The translations under genes were made by a program, and so were the position numbers. Shown here in pieces: positions 21,938 through 32,460 of a stretch of 64,000 bases of DNA; positions within the stretch are counted from its first letter, which is position 1; every line of letters begins with the position of its first letter. The stretch is taken from the NCBI GenBank assembly GCA_965203515.1, contig OZ241907.1:3200001-3264000 (forward strand). Direction: 5' to 3'. The notes under the pieces were generated by a model, which made no database searches, was not told the origin of the DNA, and saw only the letters and a program-made list of their open reading frames with translations. Origin of the DNA: Spirochaetia bacterium. GTDB lineage: Bacteria; Spirochaetota; Spirochaetia; SZUA-6; Bin103.

Positions 21938-23685
21938 TCCTTGACCACCACCGTGACGCGGTTGCCGGCGGGTGCGGTGACGCGCAGGCGGAGGGTGCCG
22001 GCCACGCGGCCGAGCGTGGTGTACATGTTGGAGTGCGGCGGCTGCGTGCGGGCGTTGAACGCGATCAAGTCGTGCAGGTACGGCCCCGGTCGGTCCGGAT
22101 AGTCTCGGTGGGTATAGTTGTACAGGTTGATCGATCCCAACCGGAAGGTCGTGCCGGCGGCGCGGGAGGTGCTCCACGTCCCCGGGTTGTAGCGGTACGG
22201 AACGGGGGCCGCGGTGTTGTCCGACAGCAGGTTGGCCGCCGCCCAGTTGGCCAGCAGTCGCGGGAACGTGACTTCGTGGTCCAGCTCGCCCAGCGCCCCC
22301 TCGACCGCTTCGACCCCCGACCGCCCGCTCTGCACGATCCGGCCGAACAGCTCGGCGCCGCCGTAATTGCGGGCCAGGTAGGCGCCCAGGGCGTAGGTGA
22401 TCGAGTAGTTGGCCAGCGTGCCGTCCCATGCGGTCACCTGAATGTCGTTGTAGCGATTGTACTCCGGGAGGCGGCCAAATCGGTTTTCCGGATCGCCCGC
22501 CGCGGCGTCGTCGGAGGCAACCCCGCGCGGTCCGTCGATTTCGAGCTTGTCGGCGATCAGGTCCTGCGCCACCAGGGAGGCCATCTCGTTGAACCACGTT
22601 TCACTATCGATATCCCGTACGATCTTCTTCTGATAGAAGTGGATCAGGTGCTGAAACTCGTGCGCCAAGGTGCCGATGATCGTATCCTGGTCCTGCGTCA
22701 GAAACGGCGAATCCGCAAACAGCATCAGCCGTTCGTTCGAGCCTCGGAACAGGGGCGGGTTGCCGGCCCGGAGGAAATTGTGCAGTCGCTGGAAGAAGCC
22801 CACTACGCGAACGTCCCCCGGCCGGGGGAGGCCGTCCCCGTCGATGTCGAACAGCAGGACGTGAATCTCGCTGGCGGCTTGCGGAGGAATGATGTTGCGG
22901 TAGCGGTGCTGCCCCCACGGGGCCCCGAAGATGGCGGTGAGCCAGTCGTAGATGTCGTTGTCGGGACCGGGGCGGAGAAACGCGTTGGCGAGCGCGTCCG
23001 CCATCGGCTGGGTCACGCACCCCGCGCCGCACGCCCATTCCCGGTCGGCCACCCACACCACCGCGGTGATCGTTCCGTCGGTGACCACCGCGCGGGCGGT
23101 GGCCGGGATGGAGTTGAAGTTGCCGGCGGAATCGCGGATGTCCCGGAGCGTCTCACGGCTGCCTCGCACGACCGCTCGTTGCGGCTGGACGGCGCCCGGC
23201 AAGCGCGCCGCCGCGCGTTCCAGCCGCGGGCGGACGTCGCCGATCTCCTCGACCCAGGCCGGTTCCGGCGCCGGCTCGCTCGGCGGCCGCGGCTGCTGCC
23301 GGGGCGCGGAGGTCCCCACCCGGCTGGCCGCGCGACCGGTGATGTCCACGATCTCGACCTGCGGGTCCGCTTCCTCGTCGCCGGCGGTGGCGATCACGTA
23401 GACCTCGGCGGAGTCGTTGCCCAGGCGCACCGTGTGGAGCGTCTTGTCCAGCGCCTCTCCGTCCGGGTTGAGGGAGAAGACCTGATCCCCGCTGCCGCGC
23501 CACGTGAACGAGCGGGCGTTCGCGTCACCGGCCGGCTCGCCCGTGCCGCCGGCGCCGGGCGCATTGGCGCAGCCGCTCAGCAGGACGGCCGCCGCCGCGC
23601 CCAGGGCGACCGCAACGGATAGCGGTAGCGACAGCCGGGATCGGCCCTGGAGGCGCATGCGGTCAAACGGCGCTGGTGCGTTCAT
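21934..23685 (-). CDS. M30 (hyicolysin)-like zinc metallopeptidase lipoprotein
   Basis: Lipobox LLSGC; TLAHEFQHLIH (HEXXH) followed by WFNEMAS. Confidence 0.8.
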   Translation of the reverse strand: MNAPAPFDRMRLQGRSRLSLPLSVAVALGAAAAVLLSGCANAPGAGGTGEPAGDANARSFTWRGSGDQVFSLNPDGEALDKTLHTVRLGNDSAEVYVIATAGDEEADPQVEIVDITGRAASRVGTSAPRQQPRPPSEPAPEPAWVEEIGDVRPRLERAAARLPGAVQPQRAVVRGSRETLRDIRDSAGNFNSIPATARAVVTDGTITAVVWVADREWACGAGCVTQPMADALANAFLRPGPDNDIYDWLTAIFGAPWGQHRYRNIIPPQAASEIHVLLFDIDGDGLPRPGDVRVVGFFQRLHNFLRAGNPPLFRGSNERLMLFADSPFLTQDQDTIIGTLAHEFQHLIHFYQKKIVRDIDSETWFNEMASLVAQDLIADKLEIDGPRGVASDDAAAGDPENRFGRLPEYNRYNDIQVTAWDGTLANYSITYALGAYLARNYGGAELFGRIVQSGRSGVEAVEGALGELDHEVTFPRLLANWAAANLLSDNTAAPVPYRYNPGTWSTSRAAGTTFRLGSINLYNYTHRDYPDRPGPYLHDLIAFNARTQPPHSNMYTTLGRVAGTLRLRVTAPAGNRVTVVVKE

Positions 23686-23734
23686 GGCGCGGTACCATAA
23701 TCGAACGATCGCGCTCTGACCACGGGCCGCGCCG

Positions 23735-24469
23735 TTACGTCGTGAACGCGCGCTGCGCTTCGGCGTAGGAATCGGGCGTACCGACGTCGTAGCAGACGCC
23801 GGCGGTGACGTAGCCGTACACGGCCATGGCGCGGGTCAGCCGGCTCAGGAAGTGGCCGGGCGCGTCGCGGTCGCCGCCGGCGCGCAGGTAGCGGTCGAGG
23901 AACTCCTGCGCCGCGGGGGGCAGCACGTAGACGGCCAGACTGGCGATATTCGATCGGGGGCGCGCGGGCTTTTCCTCGAAGTCGACGATGCGGCCGGCGG
24001 GGTCGAGGAGCACGCAGCCGTGCCGGCCGGCCAGGCGCCGCCGGTCCGGCAGCCGCACGCACAGGGTGACCGGCGCCGCGCGTTCCTGGGCGAAGCGGAG
24101 CGGCTCGGCCAGCTCGAAGGCCAGCAGCTTGTCGGTGGCCGCTACCAGCACGTCGCCGCCGCGGCCGATCCGGCGCAGGGCGAGCTGCAGGTCGCCCAGG
24201 GCGCCGAGGCGTTCGGCCTCGCCTGCGGTGCCGTCGCCGATCACCCGCGTGGGCAGCGGCGCGCCGGCGGCGAGGTGACGCCGCAACCGGTCGCGATACC
24301 GCTCGTTGGTCACGACCAGCACCGAGTCGACGGCGCCGGAGCGGGCCAGGTTGGCGATCAGGTGGTCGATGAGCGCGCGTCCGCCGACCTCGATCAACGC
24401 CTTGGGCGTGTCCGGGAACAGCGAGCGGATGCGGGTTCCGTAACCGGCGGCCAGCAGGACCGCATTCAA
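23735..24469 (-). CDS. Sugar-phosphate nucleotidyltransferase
   Basis: LAAGYGTR, PKAL, FEEKP, YDVGT; TTG start overlaps the kinase stop. Confidence 0.9.
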   Translation of the reverse strand: MNAVLLAAGYGTRIRSLFPDTPKALIEVGGRALIDHLIANLARSGAVDSVLVVTNERYRDRLRRHLAAGAPLPTRVIGDGTAGEAERLGALGDLQLALRRIGRGGDVLVAATDKLLAFELAEPLRFAQERAAPVTLCVRLPDRRRLAGRHGCVLLDPAGRIVDFEEKPARPRSNIASLAVYVLPPAAQEFLDRYLRAGGDRDAPGHFLSRLTRAMAVYGYVTAGVCYDVGTPDSYAEAQRAFTT

Positions 24470-25503
24470 TGCCGGGCGCCCGGCGGGTGGCGGGCGACGC
24501 GCACGGGGACCACGGAGATGCCGGCCTCCGCGTAGGCGCGCGTGAGCCGCTGCAGATGGGCGGCGTCGTCGCAGGTGCCGATGGCGGCGCCGCCGGAGCC
24601 GGCCAGTTTGGCATGCGAGCCGTGGCGGCGCGCGATGTCGATCATGCGCACCTGGTCGGCCGGCAGGTCGTAGACCGAGCGCCGCAGGTCGAAGTCGCGG
24701 TCCATGATGGGGCCGAGGCGGTCGCGGCGACCGGCGCGCAGCGCGGCGACCGCCTCGTCGACCAGCGCCGCCTTGCCGGCCATGGCGTCGAGCACCGCCG
24801 GGTCGTGCTCGACCGCGGCGCGGTAGCGCATGGCGTTGTGGACGGCGCCGGAGGATTTCGACAGCCGCTCGTCGTAGGCGACGAACAGGGGCGGAAGCAG
24901 CTCGGGGGGCAGCGGCCGGTAGTCGCCGTGCCGGCCGCCGTTGCGGGCGAGGGCGGCCGCCGAGAAGTCCATGGCGACCACGCCGCCGTAGACGGCGATC
25001 ACGCGGTCCTGAGGCCCGGCGGTGATGCCCAGCTCCTCGGTCTCGGTCTCCAGGACGATGGCCGGCTGCTCCGGTTTGGGGAGGTCGGCGTCGGTCAGCT
25101 CATAGAAGTCCATGAGCGCCAGGAATACGGCGGTGATGATGGCCGAGGAGCCGCCGAGTCCGACGCCGAACGGGATGTCGGAGCGGTACTCGACGGTGAA
25201 GTTGCGCGGCGGCAGATCGATGCCGCGCGTCCGGCAGTAGCGATGGAGGCGGACGATCAGCGCTTCGATGAGGCGGATGCCGCCGTAGTAGCCGAATCTG
25301 CGCCGGTAGCGGATGAGCGACTCGGCGTCGTCGAAGGTGGTGCGGTCGCGGGCGCTGGGGACCACGGTCAGAAGCGGCGACTCGTAGACGATGGCGTGCG
25401 CGCGGAAGGCGTCGAACAGGAGCGAGATCACCTTCCCGCCGAAGATATCGGAGGGGTTGCCGACCAGCCCCGATCGGGCGTAGGCGGTCCTGCGGATCAG
25501 CAT
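24466..25503 (-). CDS. GHMP kinase, glucuronokinase-like
   Basis: AYARSGLVGNPSD, YYGGIRL, IPFGVGLGGSSA, AGPQDRV, KLAGSGGA. Confidence 0.8.
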   Translation of the reverse strand: MLIRRTAYARSGLVGNPSDIFGGKVISLLFDAFRAHAIVYESPLLTVVPSARDRTTFDDAESLIRYRRRFGYYGGIRLIEALIVRLHRYCRTRGIDLPPRNFTVEYRSDIPFGVGLGGSSAIITAVFLALMDFYELTDADLPKPEQPAIVLETETEELGITAGPQDRVIAVYGGVVAMDFSAAALARNGGRHGDYRPLPPELLPPLFVAYDERLSKSSGAVHNAMRYRAAVEHDPAVLDAMAGKAALVDEAVAALRAGRRDRLGPIMDRDFDLRRSVYDLPADQVRMIDIARRHGSHAKLAGSGGAAIGTCDDAAHLQRLTRAYAEAGISVVPVRVARHPPGARH

Positions 25504-25640
25504 CGAGGCCACAGGCTGTCCGCCGGCGGGCGGTCGCGTCAACTCGCGGTCTGTTCGGGCGCTATGGGCGAAGCCGTGTGCCGTCGCACGAGCTCGCGCC
25601 GGTTGACGCGGCGAGCCGTCCTCGGAATCCTGTAACCCAC

Positions 25641-26101
25641 ATGGTGCCAACTCGCTTGACGGAACTCGATTCTCACGGATCGGTCCTGTTTCTCGGCTCC
25701 GGCTTTTCCCGGAACGCCCGGAACATTCAAGGCAAGAATTTGCCCACCGGCGGCGAGCTGAAGGATCGCTTCGCCAAGCTGCTCGGAACCGCGCCTGACG
25801 ATACGATCTCCCCACGTTGGCCGACGCCGTCAACGCCGGCCCGGACGTCAGCCTGCGTGATCTACTCTATGAGACCTTTACCGCCAAGCAGCTCGCCGAC
25901 GGCTAGAAGGACGTGCTGGGCCGGCCGTGGATGCGCATCTTATACGACCAATTACGACGACTCCATAGAACCGTTCTATCATCATACCGGTCGTAAGGCC
26001 CCGAGTTCAGCTACAACGACGCCAACCGCGACGGATGCCGAACGGCACGGTGATCCATCTGCACGGGTGATACGAGACATCACCGACGGCAACGTTCTCA
26101 G
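25641..26101 (+). pseudogene. SIR2-like (SIR2_2) protein N-terminal remnant
   Basis: SVLFLGSGFS...LPTGGEL, LYETF, YTTNYDD, VIHLHG spread over several frames; in-frame TAG at 25904. Confidence 0.75.
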
Positions 26102-26305
26102 TTGTGGATGAGCGACGTCATGCACGGCCCGGCGGTCGCCGCCGACCGCCGTCAGCGCCGCACGTGCTACCTCATCGCCTTCCTCGACGACGCCACCCGC
26201 CTCTGTCCGTTCGCCGCCTTCGCCCGCGCCGAGAACACCACCGCTTTCCTGCCGGTCTTCAAGCAGGCGCTGATCCGCCGCGGGCTGCCGCAACGGCTGT
26301 ACGTC
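26102..26305 (+). mobile_element. DDE (rve) transposase/integrase core fragment
   Basis: LWMSDVMHGP...YLIAFLDDATR...FKQALIRRGLPQRLYV, broken just before the expected DNG. Confidence 0.8.
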
Positions 26306-26410
26306 GTCGGGTGGCCGGTGATCCAATCCGCCACCGGCATCGACGAGCAGACCTACCGCAGCCTCAAGCGCGACTCCGCCAACGGCACGGAGCCGGACGC
26401 GCCGCGCTGA
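26306..26410 (+). pseudogene. Orphan Rpn C-terminal tail fused in frame to the transposase fragment
   Basis: VGWPVIQSATGIDEQTYRSLKRDSANGTEPDAPR*, matching 32356..32460. Confidence 0.85.
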
Positions 26411-26547
26411 TTCCCGCCGGCCGGGCGCATCCACGTGAAGCGCCGCTGACGCGGCGTCGTTGTAAGGGGGCAGAGATGGCAGACCGCTGCGCCAGCCCCA
26501 CGATCTCTGTTCCGCGTCAGCACGGCGCCGCCATCGACGGAGGCCCC

Positions 26548-27516
26548 ATGAACGACGCTTCGTACAAGCGCCTGCTCACCCATCGGCGCATCATCGAGGA
26601 CCTGCTGGTCGGGTTCATCGCGCCCCGGCGCCCGGCCGTTTGGGCTGACGCGCTCGACTTCGACTCCCTGCGCGAAGACCCGACGGAGAACGTCGACGAC
26701 GATCTGCGCCGGCGCCTCGGCGACGTCGTCTGGTCCATCGACCTGCGCGCCGCCGACGGCAGCGTGGAGACCATGCACGTGCTGATCGAGCATCAGTCGT
26801 CGGTCGACTACGCGATGGCGCTGCGGTTTCTCAACTACACCAGCCTGCTGTACCAGCGGCGGTACCGCGACCACCGGTGGCGCAAGGGCGACACGGTCGA
26901 ACCGGTGCTGCACGTCGTGCTGTACAACGGCGGCACCCGGTGGGACGCGCCGCAGTCGCTGGAGTTGGCGCCGAGGTGGGAGCACGACGGTCTCGCGCAG
27001 GTCGCGCTGAGCTATGACGTGGTCGATCTGGTGGCGACGGAAGCGGATGATCTGCCGAGGCCGAACCTGATAACGTGGATGGCGGAGGTGGAGCGCAGCC
27101 GGCGCGCCGGTGTGCTGGCGGAGCGTGTGCGGGAGTTGGGGCAGTGGCTGGCTGCGGAGGATGAGCCGGGGCTGACGAGGAGCTTCGACCTGTGGCTGGG
27201 CGCCCTGGGGCGGAAGTGGGGCGTGAAGCTGCCGTCGATTCGCGACTACGAGGAGGCAAGCGCGATGTTGTTGGAGAAGATCGATCGCTGGGAAGCCGAA
27301 ATCCTGGAACGAGGCGTCCAGGAGGGCCGATTGAAGGGCCACCAGGAAGGCCGGCAGGAGGGCGAGCTGAAGGGCCGGTTGGAAACCATCGAAGGGTTCC
27401 TGCGAGCGGGGGTCGGGTGGCCGATGATCCAATCCGCCACCGGCATCGACGAGCAGACCTACCGCAGCCTCAAGCGCGACTCCGCCAACGGCACGGAGCC
27501 GGACGCGCCGCGCTGA
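26548..27516 (+). CDS. Rpn/YhgA-like PD-(D/E)XK nuclease, subfamily A copy 1
   Basis: DASYKRLL, RRLGDVVW, HVLIEHQSSVDYAMALRFLNY, VVLYNG..W, QEGR repeats; GGAGG RBS before ATG 26548. Confidence 0.9.
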   Translation: MNDASYKRLLTHRRIIEDLLVGFIAPRRPAVWADALDFDSLREDPTENVDDDLRRRLGDVVWSIDLRAADGSVETMHVLIEHQSSVDYAMALRFLNYTSLLYQRRYRDHRWRKGDTVEPVLHVVLYNGGTRWDAPQSLELAPRWEHDGLAQVALSYDVVDLVATEADDLPRPNLITWMAEVERSRRAGVLAERVRELGQWLAAEDEPGLTRSFDLWLGALGRKWGVKLPSIRDYEEASAMLLEKIDRWEAEILERGVQEGRLKGHQEGRQEGELKGRLETIEGFLRAGVGWPMIQSATGIDEQTYRSLKRDSANGTEPDAPR

Positions 27517-27563
27517 TATTGGACTCGGTCCTGTAGTACTGTCGAAGCGGAGACTGCATGAGA
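27515..27563. repeat. 49-bp direct repeat, copy 1 (copy 2 at 33973..34021)
   Basis: GATATTGGACTCGGTCCTGTAGTACTGTCGAAGCGGAGACTGCATGAGA read at both sites. Confidence 0.9.
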
Positions 27564-27890
27564 GCGCGCCGCGAAGTGGCCCGGAAGATAGGCGCGGGCG
27601 CGCTCTTCGCCATGGGCGAGCAACCTGGAGCGCAGCTCGTCATCGCTCCACACGCGGTATATCTGACCGGCCATGTCGTCCACGTCGTAAGGGTCGAACA
27701 GGAGCGCCGCCTTGCCGACCTGCTTCGGTACGTCGAAGAGCCGCACGGTCACGATCGGCGTACCGAGGACGAGCGCCTCGATCGGCGGCAGGTTCGTCGG
27801 ACCCTCGATCGCCGGCGCCACCAGCGCGACGGCCGAGCGGTACAACGCCATAGCGCCCACCTGCATTGCCGCCAAGATAGTGTTCGACAA
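27560..27890 (-). pseudogene. GT4 glycosyltransferase C-terminal fragment
   Basis: LYRSAVALVAPAIEGPTNLPPIEALVLGTP...ALLFDPYDVDDMA; no N-terminal domain. Confidence 0.75.
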
Positions 27891-28329
27891 GTGCGCCGTT
27901 GACCACGTGCCGGCGAGAGCCGTCCCGATGGCCCGCCGCGGTGACGATCGCTGAAAGGCAGCCGCTCCCGCCGTTGCGACACCGGTTTCTCATCTTGATT
28001 GTCGTTCGGTTCTCATCCTGACCGGCGTTGCAGCGCGCGCTGCCGCAGCCGCCGACCGCTACCACCCGACGGGCGCACCCGCCGGGCTGTTCTGCTAAAC
28101 ACGGCGCTATGCCGGTTTAGCTAAAGGGCTGCGATGATGTCGAGGCGGCGTCCGACGGTCATGCTGCCTGATCGATCATCAGTTGAGTGACATCTCACCG
28201 GCAGCGGCCTGGCTTCCTGGACTTGGCGGGTGATCTCAGACCGGATGGCACGGCAGGCGGTGGCGCGGGAGCGTTCGGCCGGCAGGTCGAGTTCCCAGGC
28301 GATCGACTGGTACCGGTCCATGACGTTGC

Positions 28330-28800
28330 CCGGTGATCATCGAGACGTAGAGCATCCGGTACAGGCCGAGATGCCGCACCGACCAGGACGGATGCTCGGT
28401 CTTGATCAGCAACTCGGCGGCCTCAGACAGCCGCTGCGGCTAGCTGCGGTCGGCGCGCGGCTCGGGGTACCGGACATCGAAGCCGCCGGCGCGCTAGCGA
28501 TGCAGCCAGTCGCGCATGGTCCGGCGGCCACGCGGGTACGGTCGGTGCCGGGGATGCGGCAGGCGGTCAGCTCGGCCCGGCAGCCGGCGAGGTGCTGCGG
28601 CAGCAAGCCGATCACCACCAGCAGCGCCTGCCGGACCAAGCGCACGCGGCGGCGCAGCCAGCGCATGGCGCCGGGCAGTGCGATGTGAGTCGTGGCGCAC
28701 CTGGTCGGCGGCCTGCATCAGACTCGCCGCCTGCTCGGCGTGCACGACCATCGTTCCAGTTCCCGGAGCGTTCCGGCAGCCGCGCCGCCAAGCAGTCGCC
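28330..28800 (-). mobile_element. Degenerate IS-associated ORF remnants
   Basis: AEQAASLMQAADQVR..(fs)..GAMRWLRRRVRLVRQALLVVIGLLP and IKTEHPSWSVR resemble, from memory, accessory and HTH parts of rve-integrase elements; several frameshifts. Confidence 0.45.
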
Positions 28801-28972
28801 GACGAAATGGAGGCGGCAGCATGACGATCGGCTTGACGGCCAACGCCATCGCGAGGACTGTTCCTCTGCGACGGGGTTGTGCACATCAGAGGTTACCCGT
28901 CCACCAAACCGGGACAACTCCACGCATCCTTCGCCTTGCGCTCCGACGTGCGGCCGGGCACAATCTTCCGCC

Positions 28973-30046
28973 ATGAAGTTCCTCGTTACGGGCGTGGCCG
29001 GCTTCATCGGCTTTCACGTGGCTCGCCGGCTGGTGGATCAGGGTCACGAGGTAATCGGCATCGACAACCTCAACCCCTACTACGACGTGCAGTTGAAGTT
29101 GGATCGTCTGCGGCAGCTCGGCATAGTCGCGACCGACACGGAAGGCAACGACGGCAGGATGGCGGAGGCGAGAGACCGCCGCTTGAAGTTCATGCGGCTC
29201 GACCTGACCGATCAGGACGGGGTTCTGGCGCTGTTCGCCAGCGAGAAGTTCGACATGGTGTGCCATCTGGCGGCCCAAGCGGGGGTAAGGTACTCGCTCA
29301 GCGATCCATTTGCCTACGTCGCCAACAACGTCCACGGCTTCCTGAGCGTGCTGGAAGCGGCCAGAAAGCACCCGGTGCAACACCTGGTCTACGCTTCCTC
29401 CAGCTCGGTATACGGTCTGGACCGGCACGTTCCCTTCCGTGAGACCGGCGCCGCGGACCATCCCGTCAGCCTGTACGCAGCCACGAAACGATCGAACGAG
29501 CTGATGGCGCACAGCTACTCGCACCTGTTCGGGATTCCTACGACCGGCTTGCGATTCTTTACGGTCTACGGCCCATGGGGAAGGCCCGACATGGCGCTGT
29601 TTCGGTTTACCGACGCGGTATTGCGCGGCGACGCCATAGACCTCCATGACCAGGGAAGGCCGCGCCGCGACTACACGTACATAGACGACGTGGTGGACGG
29701 CATATCGAGCGTGTTGGAGCGGCCGCCGTGCGGCGACCCGGACTGGGACGGCCGTCAGTCGTCCATCTCGCCGGCGCCCGCCCGGGTGTACAATCTCGGC
29801 AATGGCCGGCCCGCATCCGTCACGGAGCTGCTGGCAGCCGTCGAAGCCGAGTTGGGAATGAAGGCACGCATACGGATGGCGCCGATGCAGCCCGGCGACG
29901 TGGCAACTACGTGGGCCGACTGCACGGCGCTGCGGGGCAGGACGGGCTTCCGACCCCGATTGGATATCCGCGAAGGGGTGCGGCGATTCGTGCATTGGCA
30001 CCGGGAGTACCATGACGGCGCAGCGTCGAGCGCGTCGAAGCCGTAG
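28973..30046 (+). CDS. NAD-dependent epimerase (UDP-glucuronate 4-epimerase-like)
   Basis: GVAGFIG, HLAAQAGVRYS, YASSSSVYG, YAATK, RFFTVYGPWGRPDMA. Confidence 0.92.
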   Translation: MKFLVTGVAGFIGFHVARRLVDQGHEVIGIDNLNPYYDVQLKLDRLRQLGIVATDTEGNDGRMAEARDRRLKFMRLDLTDQDGVLALFASEKFDMVCHLAAQAGVRYSLSDPFAYVANNVHGFLSVLEAARKHPVQHLVYASSSSVYGLDRHVPFRETGAADHPVSLYAATKRSNELMAHSYSHLFGIPTTGLRFFTVYGPWGRPDMALFRFTDAVLRGDAIDLHDQGRPRRDYTYIDDVVDGISSVLERPPCGDPDWDGRQSSISPAPARVYNLGNGRPASVTELLAAVEAELGMKARIRMAPMQPGDVATTWADCTALRGRTGFRPRLDIREGVRRFVHWHREYHDGAASSASKP

Positions 30047-30053
30047 TCCGCAG

Positions 30054-31454
30054 ATGCCTGCCGAAGCCAACTCGCCCATACGTACCGTCGTAGACGCGAT
30101 ACGGCGGCGCTCGCCGTCATACGAACGATCGGTGGCGTCCAGGATATCCGGGGCTGTGCTCGCTATCGGCGCGATTACCGTGGTCATCAAGCTGGTGTCG
30201 CTGGGCTCTACGATACTGGTGGCATCATTCTTCGGTACGAGCGACGACATGGACGCGTATCTGATAGCGTTCCTGATTCCGCAACTGTGCATCACCGTGA
30301 TCTGCGGGGCGTTCAGTTCCGCGTTGATGCCGACGTACATCCAGGTACGGCAACGGCACGGCGACGGCCAGGCGCAGGCGCTGTTCTCGCGGGTGATGTT
30401 CTTCGCCGTGGCGCTGCTGCTGGTGGTGGCCGCGTGCTTTGCGATCCTGCTGCCGTATGCGCTGCCGCTGCTGGCGTCGAATTTTCATGCGGACAAGCTG
30501 GCGCTGGCAACGCGGCTCTCCTACTTTCTGGTGCCGGGGATCGTCATAAAGGGAGTTTCGGTCATATACGGATCGGTCCTCAACGCCGATGAACGGTTCT
30601 CCCTGGTCGCTGCGGTACCGGCGCTGATACCGGTATCGACGATGGCGTTCCTGCTGCTGTGGCCGGCGCCGTCGACGCGCATCTACGCCATGGCGATCGG
30701 CACGACCGCAGGGATGCTCGGCGAACTCGCGGTGCTGGGCGCGGCGCTGAAGTCGCGCGGCATGGCATTGCTCCCGCGGCGGCGCAGCAGCAGCCCCGCG
30801 AGCCGCCAGGTAGTCGCGCAGTACATGCCGATGGCTGCGGGGTCGCTGATGATGAGCGCCACCACCGTGGTCGATCGGGCGATGGCGGCATCGCTGCCGG
30901 CAGGAAGCGTAGCGTCGCTCGGCTACGGCGAGCGCTTCGTGAGCGTGATTCTGCAGGTGGTGTCGGGGGCGATCGCGACGGCCGTACTGCCGTTCTTCTC
31001 CAAACTCTCGAACGACCGCAACTGGACCGAACTGCGCTCGGTCCTCCGGGTATACAGCAAGTGGATACTGCTGGCGACGACCGTCGTCTCGTTGACGTTG
31101 ATTCTCTTGTCCGAGCCGTTGATCGGTTTCGTCCTGGAACGAGGTGCGTTCAGCGGCGGCGACACCGTACTGGTCGGACGAATCCAGGCGGTCTATGCAT
31201 TGCAGATTCCGTTCTATGTCTGCGGGATGATATTCGTGCGGGTGATTTCGGCCTTGAAGGCCAACCAGATTCTGTTGGTGGGATCGTTTCTGAATCTGAT
31301 CATCAACATCGCCTTGAACTATATCTTCATGAGCATTTGGGGAGTAGTGGGAATAGCGCTATCGACGGCGTGCGTATACCTGTTTTCGTGCGCGTTCGTG
31401 ATGATCATGGGATACCGGATGCTGCGTCGAGATCAAAGGATCGATTCAGCATGA
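30054..31454 (+). CDS. MurJ/MviN-like polysaccharide flippase
   Basis: FFGTSDDMDAY, VVDRAMAASLPAGSVASLGYG, LERGAFS; many TM helices. Start uncertain. Confidence 0.85.
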   Translation: MPAEANSPIRTVVDAIRRRSPSYERSVASRISGAVLAIGAITVVIKLVSLGSTILVASFFGTSDDMDAYLIAFLIPQLCITVICGAFSSALMPTYIQVRQRHGDGQAQALFSRVMFFAVALLLVVAACFAILLPYALPLLASNFHADKLALATRLSYFLVPGIVIKGVSVIYGSVLNADERFSLVAAVPALIPVSTMAFLLLWPAPSTRIYAMAIGTTAGMLGELAVLGAALKSRGMALLPRRRSSSPASRQVVAQYMPMAAGSLMMSATTVVDRAMAASLPAGSVASLGYGERFVSVILQVVSGAIATAVLPFFSKLSNDRNWTELRSVLRVYSKWILLATTVVSLTLILLSEPLIGFVLERGAFSGGDTVLVGRIQAVYALQIPFYVCGMIFVRVISALKANQILLVGSFLNLIINIALNYIFMSIWGVVGIALSTACVYLFSCAFVMIMGYRMLRRDQRIDSA

Positions 31455-31476
31455 ATCAGGGTAGAAGTCTGTCGCC

Positions 31477-32460
31477 ATGAACGACGCTTCCTACAAGCGC
31501 CTGCTCACCCATCGGCGCATCGTCAAGGACCTGCTGGCCGGGTTCATCGCGCCCCGGCGCCCGGCCGGTTGGGCTGACGCGCTCGACTTCGACTCACTGC
31601 GCGAAGGCCCGACCGAAAACGTCGACGACGACCTGCGCCGGCGCCTTGGCGACGTCGTCTGGTCCATCGACCGCCGCGCCGCCGACGGCAGCGTGGAGAC
31701 CATGCACGTGCTGATCGAGCATCAGTCGTCGGTCGACTACGCGATGCCGCTACGGTTCCTCAACTACACCAGCCTGCTGTACCAGCGGCTCTACCGCGAC
31801 CACCGGTGGCGCAAGGGCCACACCGCCGACCCGGTGCTGCACGTGGTGCTGTACAACGGCGGCACCCGGTGGGACGCGGCGCGGTCGCTGGCGGGGTTGG
31901 TGCCGAGGCGGCAGTACGACGGAGCCGCGCAGCTTGCGCTGAGCTATGACGTGGTCGATCTGGTGGCGGCGGAAGCGGATGATCTGCCGAGGCCGAACCT
32001 GATAACGTGGATGGCGGAGGTGGAGCGCAGCCGGCGCGCCGGTGTGCTGGCGGAGCGGATGCGGGAGTTGGGGCAGTGGCTGGCTGCGGAGGATGAGCCG
32101 GAGCTGACGAAGAGCTTTGACCTGTGGCTGGGCGCCCTTGGGCGGAAGTGGGGCGTGAAGTTGCCGTCGATTCGCTACTACGAGGAGGCAAGCGCGATGT
32201 TGTTGGAGAAGATCGATCGCTGGGAAGCCGAAATCCTGGAACGAGGCGTCCAGGCGGGTCGGCAGGAGGGCCGCCAGGAAGGTGAGCTGAAGGGCCGGCA
32301 GGAGGGCGAGCTGAAGGGCCGGTTGGAAACCATCGAAGGGTTCCTGCGAGCGGGGGTCGGGTGGCCGGTGATCCAATCCGCCACCGGCATCGACGAGCAG
32401 ACCTACCGCAGCCTCAAGCGCGACTCCGCCAACGGCACGGAGCCGGACGCGCCGCGCTGA
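31477..32460 (+). CDS. Rpn/YhgA-like nuclease, subfamily A copy 2
   Basis: Close paralog of 26548..27516 with the same motifs. Confidence 0.9.
   Translation: MNDASYKRLLTHRRIVKDLLAGFIAPRRPAGWADALDFDSLREGPTENVDDDLRRRLGDVVWSIDRRAADGSVETMHVLIEHQSSVDYAMPLRFLNYTSLLYQRLYRDHRWRKGHTADPVLHVVLYNGGTRWDAARSLAGLVPRRQYDGAAQLALSYDVVDLVAAEADDLPRPNLITWMAEVERSRRAGVLAERMRELGQWLAAEDEPELTKSFDLWLGALGRKWGVKLPSIRYYEEASAMLLEKIDRWEAEILERGVQAGRQEGRQEGELKGRQEGELKGRLETIEGFLRAGVGWPVIQSATGIDEQTYRSLKRDSANGTEPDAPR

Noticed and set aside
26104..26547. N-terminally extended Rpn (470 aa)
   Set aside because: The extension crosses the transposase fragment and spacer; paralogs start at MNDASY.
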